From Chiloscyllium plagiosum (taxonomy: Eukaryota): a stretch of DNA of 23,457 bases. The notes below the pieces were generated by a model. It was given only the letters and a program-made list of their open reading frames with translations, had not been told where the DNA came from and did not search any database. Positions 1 to 8,356 of this stretch are shown piece by piece. Made by a program: the position numbers and the translations under genes. Numbering within the stretch: the first letter of the stretch is position 1; each line of letters opens with the position of its first letter. The stretch spans positions 73,554,234 through 73,577,690 of the forward strand of contig NC_057718.1 in the NCBI RefSeq assembly GCF_004010195.1, given 5' to 3'.

Positions 1-1396
1 TTCTGCCACTAGAAGATTACATTCTGATTTTAAAATTTCTGATCACTGCTGACAATATCAAACTGTGGAAGAATAATATTCACATCCTGGCAAAACTAAA
101 ACAGCCGATGATGATGGAGAAACAAAAGGGCCACCACAACCAGAATTGATACCTTTCTGGACCTGATAAGGCCAGATTATCAATGTGGATGTCATATTAT
201 TATGGGGAGCAATAGTGATTGGCCAGAGCAAAGGTCACTGCCAGAAACTAGCAGAACTCCACCAGGGTCATCCAGGGGTTTCCAAAATGTAGATATTCAT
301 GACAGGTTATGTCTGGTGGCCAGAATTGGATGCCAACTTAGTTGTGTTTATGCAGTCGGACACAGAATGTCAACAAGGACAAAGATTACCAACAGCAGCT
401 CCCTGATACTCATGAGAATGGCCGGGCAAACCTCAGTTACAAATCGGCTATGCTGGTCCTTTCATGGGCTCAATGTTCTTGACCATTGTGTACGCCCATC
501 CAAAGTGGTTGAGTGTACATATAATTCATTCATCAAGTATGGGGATGATGATTGAAACGTTGCAAGCACCTTTTCAATACATGGCCTCCGGAGATGTTGG
601 TCACAGAAAATGGGTAACATTTATCAATAGGGAATTCGAGTATTTCCTAAAGTTGAATGTCATTCAGTATGTAAGGATAGCCCTGTACCATCCATCGTCC
701 AATGGTCTGGCGGAGAGAGCAGTCCAAACTTTGAAAGCAGGCTTAAAGAAACAGCCTATAGTTTTACTTGTGACAAGACTGTCCTACTTCCTGTTTCTTT
801 GTAGGATCACCCCCCAACAGGGATAGCTCCAGCAGAGTTACGAATGGGAAGAGATTAAACTTGATCTTCCTGCATCAGGTTAAACTAGATCTTCCTGGAC
901 CTGGGAGTGGGGAGAGAGTGAAATGGCTTCAGGAACGTCAATACCGGACATGACTCCTCTAAGCAAGAGAGACACTTTACTTCAGAGGACAAAGTTTGTG
1001 TCGAAAACAGAGTTGGCTCTGTATGGATAACAGGTATTGTTGGCACAAGATCAGCTCCCATGGCATACAAATTTCAGGTAAGAGAGGTGGTCCTGAGCAA
1101 ACATATCAACCACTTGAAAGCATATCCAGCAAGGTGTCAGAACCTATGGGTTCTCCCCTTCCACTTGCATCGAAGAAACTTCTGAGGACGAGATGGACAT
1201 GAGAGATGTCATAGTCTCAATGCCATTACTGCCTGAAGAAGAAGAGGAATTTCTTCCAAGACACTTCAGACACAAGAAGCGGGCTATGGTCTGATATACG
1301 CCACAGCATGTGAGGCAGAGTTGGAGGAAACAGACCTAGCGTGAAAACGCCCAAGGGAAGTTACTGGAAAAAGAATGGACCTATATCCTATCATTT
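1..1396 (+). mobile_element. Gypsy/Ty3 LTR retrotransposon pol remnant (integrase region), frameshifted, runs off the window start
   Basis: ORF 464-826 contains YHPSSNGLAERAVQTLK (Gypsy integrase core). Broken-frame zinc-finger remnants (LHQGHPG, YVWWP) at ~255-325. Followed by a PPT and TG. Confidence 0.9.
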
Positions 1397-1520
1397 AGAG
1401 CAGGAGGGATGTAGTGATTGGAATAAGTTCAACCAGGTAGACTGCATAGAATATGATTACTCTGATTGGGCAGTTAACCTGGTCCAATCAGGGAGTCCTG
1501 ACTGACAGGTACAAACAAAT
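1397..1520 (+). mobile_element. Polypurine tract and truncated 3' LTR of the Gypsy element
   Basis: Purine-rich agagcaggaggga (1397-1409) directly followed by TGtagtg (1410). Inverted CCAAT pair ctgattgg (1462-1469) / ccaatcag (1484-1491). No CA terminus identified, so the right boundary is approximate. Confidence 0.65.
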
Positions 1521-1972
1521 AGTTAACCACTTTTATAAAGGTTAATGTGGTCAAAAAACCACAAAATCTAACAAAACTATCAGACTGTTTGTCCTCCTTC
1601 CAGTACAGGAACAGGAATTTACTACAAGAATGAAGTCATTGCCTTCAGTTGCTGTGACAATTTTGTTCCCTATTTAGTAACTCTTTTTAGTCCTTGGAAA
1701 CTACAAGGCCAAACTGTACTGTTGACAACCCTAGTGCCATATTTGACTGAGATGAGATACTGACATATTCATATTAAGATTTTCACATTCATTATATCAC
1801 CTGCTTCACATCAAGTGCTATCAAGAGTTCACAGCCAAACCTCTGTCACAACTAGACTTGATTATTCTATTATTCTCTTGGCCATCATCACACTTAAAAA
1901 CTTAAGGTCATCTAAATTTTGCTATGCGTGTCCTTAATGTACCAAGTCACATTCACCTAATACCCCTAAACT

Positions 1973-2202
1973 ACATCGATTTCCAATCAAGCAGCTTCTT
2001 GGTTTTAGAATTTTCATCCTTGTTCTTAAATGTTCCACATCGCTCCAATATTCTGCAGTCTTCCAACCCTTAGAGTATTCATGCTTATCTTTGTGGTTGT
2101 TATGACATCGATTTCCAATCAAGCAGCTTCTTGGTTTTAGAATTTTCATCCTTGTTCTTAAATGTCCCACATCGCTCCAATATTCTGCAGTCTTCCAACC
2201 CT
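1973..2202 (+). repeat. 98-bp direct duplication with 34-bp spacer
   Basis: 1973-2070 and 2105-2202 differ at one base (tgttcc vs tgtccc). Followed by (CTAAT)5 at 2201-2225. Confidence 0.95.
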
Positions 2203-2310
2203 AATCTAATCTAATCTAATCTAATTCTAGGACTAAAATTATCTAATTAGTATCATCTAATTTTTTTTCACTCAATGGCCGTGCATTCAGCTGCCTGGCC
2301 AAAAACTCTG

Positions 2311-2500
2311 CAATAAAATCAAGAACTGTGGATGCTCGAGGTTTCTTAAACAAAAGCAGAAATTGCTGGAGAAACCCAGCAGGTCTGGCATCATCTGCAG
2401 AAGAAAGCAGAGTTCATATTTTGAGGCTGATGACTCTTCATCAGAACCACAGATGTTGTCTGACCTGCTGAGTTTCTCCAGCAATTTCTGTTTTTGGTTT
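2311..2500. mobile_element. Short Penelope-like terminal fragment in inverted-repeat configuration, with a degenerate hammerhead on the minus strand
   Basis: Arms 2357-2398 and 2449-2490 are reverse complements. Homologous to 17540-17672. Minus strand 2412-2447 reads gtt CTGATGA a gagtc atca gcctc aaaa tatg aac (GAAA decayed). Confidence 0.75.
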
Positions 2501-2765
2501 CCTAAACCTGGAGTTCCCTGCCTAAACATCTTGATCTTCTCTACTCACTTTCCCCTTTAAAGCATTCCTTAAACGTACCTTTACAACCAGCTTATGACTA
2601 TCTGCTTGAAAATCTCCTTAAATGGCTTCATATCTAATTTTGCATTTTAAAACTTCTACAAAGCACATTGGGAGATTATATTAAATGTACTGTAAAGTAA
2701 AGTTAGTATCTTCAGATTGTTTATTACATTTGTTAAAAACTAGCAGTTTAGATATGATGTTTGAA

Positions 2766-4732
2766 CACGGGTGAGGTACCAGAGGACTGAAGAATTGCTA
2801 ATGTTGTTCCCTTGTTTAAGAAGGGTAGCAGGGATAATCCAGGTAATTACAGACTGGTGAGCCTGACATCAATGGTAGGGAAGCTGCTGGAGAAGATAAA
2901 ACATAGAACATAGAACGTTACAGCACAGTACAGGCTCTTCAGCCCTTAATGTTGCGCCAACCTGTGGAACCAATCTGAAGCTCATCCAATCTACACTATT
3001 CCATTCTTGTCCATATGCCTATCCAATGACTATTTAAATGCCCTTAAAGTTGGTAAGTTTATTACTGTTGCAGGCAGTGCATTCCACATCCCTACTATTC
3101 TCTGAGCAAAGAAACTAACTCTGACATCTGATCTATATCTATCACCCCTCACTTTAAAGATATGTCTCCTCATTCTAGCCATCTCCATCCAAGGAAAAAG
3201 GTTTTCATTGTCCAACCTATCTAACCCTCTGATTATCTTACATGTCTCAATTAAGTCGCCTCTCAACCGTTTTGTGCCTCACGAAAACAGTATCAAGTCC
3301 CTCAGCCTTTCCTCGTAAGACTTTCCCTCCATACCAGGCAACATCCTAGTAAATGTCATCTGTACCCTCTCCTAAGCTTCCACATCCTTCCTTTCATGTG
3401 GTGATCAGATACTGAGGGATAGGATCTATTCCCATTTGGAGAAAAATGGGCTTATCAGTGATAGGCAACATTGTTTTGTGCAGGGAAGGTCATATCTTAC
3501 CAATGTAATAGAATTCTTTGAGGAAGTGACTAAGTTGATTGATGAGGGAAGGGTTGTAGATGTGATATACATGGACTTCAGAAAAGCATTTGATAAGGCT
3601 CCCCATAATAGGCTTATCGAGAAAGTGAAGTCGCATGGGATCCAGGATGTACTAGCTAGATGGATAAAGAACTGCCTAGCCAACAGGTGAGAGAGAGAGA
3701 GAGTAGTAGTGGAAGGGAGTTTCTCAAAATGGAGAACTGTGACCAGGTGTTTCACAGGGATCTGTGCTGGGACTACTCTTGTTTGTGATATACATAAATG
3801 ATCTGGAGGAAGGTATAGGTGGTCTGATTAGCAAATTCGCAGATGACACTAAGCAGATAGTGAAGGGGACCGTCAGACAATGCAGCAGAATATAGCTGGA
3901 TTGGAGAGTTGGGCAGAGAAATGGCAGATGGAGTTCACTCCAAGCAAATGCAAGGTGATGCATTTTGGAAGATTCAATTCAAGAGTGAACTATGCAGTAA
4001 ATGGAAAAGTCCTGGGAAAATTGATGTACAGAGAGATCTGGGTGTTCAGGTCCATTGTTCCCTGAAGGTGGAAATGCATGTCAGTCGAATAGTCAAGAAG
4101 GCATGCGGCATGTTTTCCTTCATCAAACCGGGTATTGAGTACAAGAGTTGAGCAGGTCATGTTACAGTTGCATAAGACTTTGGTTTGGCCACATTTGGAA
4201 TACAGTATAGAGGTCTGGTCACCACATTACCAAAAGGATGTGGATGCTTTGGAAAGGGTTCAGAGGAAGTTCACCAGGAAGTTGCCTGGTATGAAGGGCA
4301 CTAGCTATGAAGAGAGGTTGAGTAGATTAGGATTATTTTCAATAGAAAGACAAAGGTTGAGGACCTGATTGAGGTCTACAAAATCATGAGAGGTGTAGAT
4401 GCAAGAAGCTTTTTCCCAGAGTGGGGACTCATTTACTAAGGGTTATGAGTTCAGGGTGAGTGGGTAAAAGTTTAGGGGAGATGTGCATGGAAGGTTCTTT
4501 ACGCAGAGGGTGGTAGGTGCCTCTAATGCATTACCAGCAGAGGTGGTAAAGGCGGGCACTATAGTGTCATTTAAGATGTATCTAGACAGATACATGAATG
4601 GATAGGGAGCAGAGGGATGCAGAACCTTAGAAAATAGGTGACTGGTTTAGATAGTGGATCTGGATTGGCACAGGCTTGGAGGGCTGAAGGGCCTGCTTCT
4701 GTGCTGAGATTTTCTTTGTTCTTTGTTCTTTG
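2766..4732 (+). mobile_element. CR1 (HER1-like) LINE, 5'-truncated RT and 3' tail, decayed
   Basis: ORF fragments QHCFVQGRSYLTN, VDVIYMDFRKAFDKAPH, KFADDTK (~3833), WSPHYQKDVDALERVQR. (TTCTTTG)n tail 4712-4732. Confidence 0.95.
2899..3406 (-). mobile_element. CR1 3' fragment nested antisense inside the CR1 above
   Basis: ORF 3030-3266 (RGDLIETCKII...FFAQRIVGMWNALP). (CATAGAA)n tail at ~2902-2915. Flanking agata at 2894-2898 and 3407-3411; the host CR1 resumes after it. Confidence 0.9.
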
Positions 4733-5444
4733 ACTAATTAGACAAAATCTTGGCACCTCTTCGGAGTACCTTCTCAGGAGAAAATAGTTAGCAAGCAAGT
4801 AGGATTTTCTCTGAGGAAACCTTATCAATAATGAAAATGAGGTCACAAGAAGGAAAGAGAGAGTGCGTGTGTCATTTTGCAATAGAGAATAGAGAAATAA
4901 CCCACAGTCTTCTGAAATACTCAGAAATCCTGCTCTCAGGATCCAACTTAACAAGTTCTGATTAGTGAGCATCAATCTGTGGAGAAAGTGGAGGGCTGTG
5001 ATGCATAGAGTTGAGTTGAATGGACAAGTTCATATTTGAAAGGTGATGGCTCTGAGGCTACACTTTCACGTATATTGTTCTGTGAAAGAGACCATGCAGT
5101 AGATCCAATGCTTTTTACTGTTCAAGCTGATCTCTTGTGTTGTTAATCACAGTAATATTATCGATAAAAGATGGGGATGAAGTGAATTTGGACTGTTTGT
5201 TTTTCACAATTGCCACACAAAATGTATCTTGCTTCCACTTAGGCATGTGTTGACCTTTACCACCATTATCCTACTTTGGCTGCCCCTATTATTTTATTTA
5301 TTTTATCCCAATAACTTTGCCTATTGTTTCAATATATGAAACTGATCACCGAAAACGCCTGTTACATATCTTTTCCATTTAATGCTCTTTTAAAAGATGT
5401 TCTGGCTCATCCATGAGTTAATATTTCAAACAATTTGGCAGGAA

Positions 5445-5590
5445 GTCTTATAGCCCATGTCTGCCTCTGAGATGGAAGCACTAGGTTCATGATCCAATCT
5501 TGGATTTGATGCCCAAGGATCATGTATTTATACATGCCTAATCAACATACTGCAGATACCAGGCAGTGAGAGAGGAAGATATTTCTAGTC
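5445..5590 (+). mobile_element. Possible decayed tRNA-derived SINE head
   Basis: gcctctgag followed by B-box-like ggttcatgatcc at ~5484-5495; weak resemblance only. Confidence 0.3.
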
Positions 5591-5599
5591 ATCCATATA

Positions 5600-5880
5600 T
5601 GAACAAGGAACAAGACTAGGCCACTTATCCCTTTGATCCTGCTCTGCCATTCAATACAATAATGGTTGATCTGATTTTAACCTCAAATCTACATTGGTGT
5701 ATACTCTCGATAATCTTTCATACCCTTGGTAGTAAAGAAACTGTTACTTCTGTCTAGAAAAAAGTTTAAAGATACTACATCCACTGCCCTTTGATGAGGA
5801 AAGTTCTGCAGATTCTCAGCTCGCTGTCTTAATTGGCACCCCTTATGAAGTGATGGAAAGAAATTGGATTCTCTATCCTC
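5600..5880 (-). mobile_element. Older CR1 3' end fragment
   Basis: Minus-strand translation resembles the CR1 C-terminus (QRAENLQNFPHQRAVDVVSLNFF...TKGMKDY). CR1-type 3' UTR at 5600-5700. Confidence 0.7.
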
Positions 5881-6189
5881 ACTGGCTGTAAAACTCCCCA
5901 ATTGTGGGGATGTTGGCTCAGTTTGCTGAAAGAGTGGTATGGATCATATTAGTAACACATAGTAGAATAATAAAATTGTATTGTAATGGTGCATAGACTG
6001 AAACCAACCCATACTTCTGCATCATGTCACATACTGTAGATAATGAAAAAGAGGTGATTGTTTAACTGTAGGCAGTTGGATATGAACACAAAAGTTGTCA
6101 ATATTCTAAAAGTATATTGTAGCTTTTCCAAGCACTGTCCTAAGGCACAAAAAGGGATTGACATAATAAATTTGCATGTGCGAAATGTA

Positions 6190-6420
6190 ATGCGTGAACA
6201 ATGATGAAAATGCTAAAGTTTAAAGATGTCAGCCAAATTGGAGGTTCTACAAGTAAGTTTGAGAAGCAAAATAAACTCCAAAGAGATATTATTAAGTTGT
6301 CAGAATGGCTGAAAAATTGCATTTGAAGTAATTTTACATTGGTATAGTTTGATAATAAAAATGTGAGCTAGAAAGACCAGAATGATTTATAGAGTCAAGA
6401 TCCCAAACAATTAAGAGCAG
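6190..6420 (+). mobile_element. Highly decayed CR1-like RT fragment
   Basis: MLKFKDVSQIGG...KLQRDIIKLSEWLK resembles KFADDTKIGG...LQRDLDRLSEWA. Confidence 0.5.
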
Positions 6421-6526
6421 TGGATAAATAGGTGAGGCACTGGTGGTAATGTCATTGTACTAAAATCAGAGGTAAAGCTCTTAAAATGGTTCATATCCCA
6501 ACTTGACAGCTGTTGAAATTTGAATT

Positions 6527-6884
6527 TTTTTAAATCATTCACAGGGTGAGGACTTCACTGGCTAGGCCAACATTTATTGCCCTTCCCTAGTTACCCAAAG
6601 GGCAATAAAAGTCAACTACATTGTTGTAGGTCTGGAGTCACATGTAGGCCAGACCAGGGAAGAATGGCAGTTTACTTTCCTAAAGGATATCAGTAAACCA
6701 GATGGATTTTTCCTGACAAGCAACAGTGATTTAATGGTCATTATTAGACTCTTAATTCCATATTTTTATTGTATTCAAATTTCACCATTTGCCATGGCAG
6801 GATTTGAACCTACATCTCCATACCCTTACCTATGTTTCTGGACTAACAGTTCAGCAACAACACCACTAGGCTATTACCTACCCC
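6527..6884 (-). mobile_element. Full-length tRNA-derived SINE sharing head and body with the LINE-B 5' end and tail with the LINE-B 3' end
   Basis: A box tagcctagtgg (6863-6873 rc) and B box ggttcaaatcc (6800-6810 rc). Body 6600-6710 is homologous to 7083-7190; tail 6532-6596 is homologous to 16441-16506. Confidence 0.85.
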
Positions 6885-6940
6885 TAGTTCAGTAAATTAA
6901 ACAAACGATGTGGAATTTAAAGCTAGTCTAATGAAGCCAA

Positions 6941-7056
6941 GGGCTCTTGTCCAAAATGTCGATTCTCCTGCTCCTCAGATGCTGCCTGACCTGCTGTGCT
7001 TTTCCAGCACCACACTCTCAACTCTGATCTCCAGCATCTGCAGTCCTCACTTTCTC
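6941..7056 (+). mobile_element. Short Penelope-like 3' terminal fragment with 13-bp TSD
   Basis: TSD ctaatgaagccaa at 6928-6940 and 7057-7069. Homologous to 19105-19221. Begins inside a decayed hammerhead stem II (gggc tctt gtcc aaaatgtc). Confidence 0.85.
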
Positions 7057-7556
7057 CTAATGAAGCCAATGTCATTTGGCTTAAAAATCCAGTCCCCTTT
7101 AGGGAAGGAAATCCATTGCCGTTACCTACAATGGCCTACATGTAATGCCAAGCCAAGATTATGTGGTTAATTCTTGAATGCTGTCTGAGGTGGTCCAGCG
7201 AGCCATGTTGTTCCATTAAACTGCTATGCAGAATGAGGTCAGCCAGTTGATTTAGGCACTTGAAATAGCAATGGCAAGCCCAGCCTTATCTATCCTGAAA
7301 AGTTTTCCTTCCTAACATCTTTTGCTTGTGCTAAAACTGAGAGAACTGCCTCACAGACTACTCAAGCTATAATGTAACATTGTTCTACCCATTGAATCAT
7401 GTCTTATAATGTGCTAGACTGCACTGTTAACATTCTTGGGTCTGTCCTGCAGACACACCCACTGGAGGTGTTGACATAGTGCTGTACAGTCAGGTGGGAG
7501 TTGCTGCGGGAACTCTCAACAGTGATTCTGGATTCTATGACGTCTCATTTGGTCAA

Positions 7557-7829
7557 ATTAGATTAGATTAGATTACTTCAGCCCAACATGTCCACACCGA
7601 CCCACCAAACCGCAACCCACCCAGACCCATTCCCCTACATTTAACCCCTTCACCTAACACTATGGGTAATTTAGCATGGCCAATTCACCTAACTTGCACA
7701 TTTTTGGATTGTGGGAGGAAACCGGAGCACCCGGAGGAAACCCACACAGACACGGGGAGAATGTGCAAACTCCACACAGAGAGTTGCCTGAGGCGGGAAT
7801 TGAACCCGGGTCTCTGGCGCTGTGAGGCA
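7557..7829 (-). mobile_element. HE1-type SINE, 5'-truncated
   Basis: B box gggttcaattccc (7795-7807 rc). Body ggagtttgcacattctccccgtgtctg...ccggtttcctcccac. (CTAAT)n tail 7557-7575. Confidence 0.9.
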
Positions 7830-8356
7830 AGGAAACCAAGAAACCTCCTACTGATTATCAACCACTGCTCCACCCCCACCACTACTCTCCCATCTCGATG
7901 TCCATTGTCAAGGGCAGACAATAGAATCATGACTGACCAAACTGGCCTTGTCCTGTTAGACTGGGTCTGCACCAGGTCTTAAAGGAACCAACAAGACAAA
8001 AATATGTACTTGACCTCGTCCTCATTAACTGGCACGTTGCAGATGCATGATTCCATGGTAGTATCATTAAAGCAAGTACTGCACAGCCCTTGAGACAATG
8101 TTCCATGTTCACATTTAGGGTACCCTCCATTGTGTTAGTTATAGAGGCCTACAATAGAGAAAAGGCTCTTCAGCCCATAGAGTTTGTACCAGTCAGAAAC
8201 TATATACATGTGTTCTAAGATCGATCTCAAACAAATCTAATAATTCAAGACTGGACATCCAAGAGGCACTATCGACCAGAATAAACATTAGAATTATATT
8301 TAACCACAATCTGTAATCTCATGGCCTGGTATATTCCCCTCTACTATTACATTTTC

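Larger units (their letters stand above)
1700..2710 (+). mobile_element. Old L2-clade LINE 3' portion, interrupted by a PLE fragment and a local duplication
   Basis: Decayed L2 ORF2 C-terminal motifs by manual translation: VTTRLDYS (~1844), TKSHSPNTPKLHRFPIKQLLGFRIFILVLK (~1941-2030), GRAFSCL (2277), WSSLP (~2507). L2-like 3' UTR at ~2655-2705. Confidence 0.7.
6431..8352 (+). mobile_element. LINE-B 5' portion: tRNA-like head + SINE body + APE endonuclease, interrupted by three insertions
   Basis: Head with B-box-like ggttcatatccc (6488-6499). Body cctttagggaaggaaat...tggcctacatgt...atgtggtt (7096-7190). APE motifs from ~7300 (LVLKLRELPHRLLK; PTRQKYVLDLVL at ~7988). Homologous to minus-strand 19700-20190. 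Confidence 0.75.

Noticed and set aside
1973..2202. Repeat-spacer-repeat resembling CRISPR
   Set aside because: Only two 98-bp units, derived from L2 coding sequence, in eukaryotic DNA with no cas genes.
3689..3703. (GA)n microsatellite
   Set aside because: Short slippage expansion within a dead CR1; ordinary.
4903..4929. RSS-like cacagtc-11 bp-tcagaaatc
   Set aside because: Imperfect heptamer, spacer and nonamer, and no adjacent V, D or J coding segment; expected by chance.
7557..7575. (ATTAG)n as a telomere-like repeat
   Set aside because: It is the 3' tail of the adjoining HE1 SINE, not TTAGGG.
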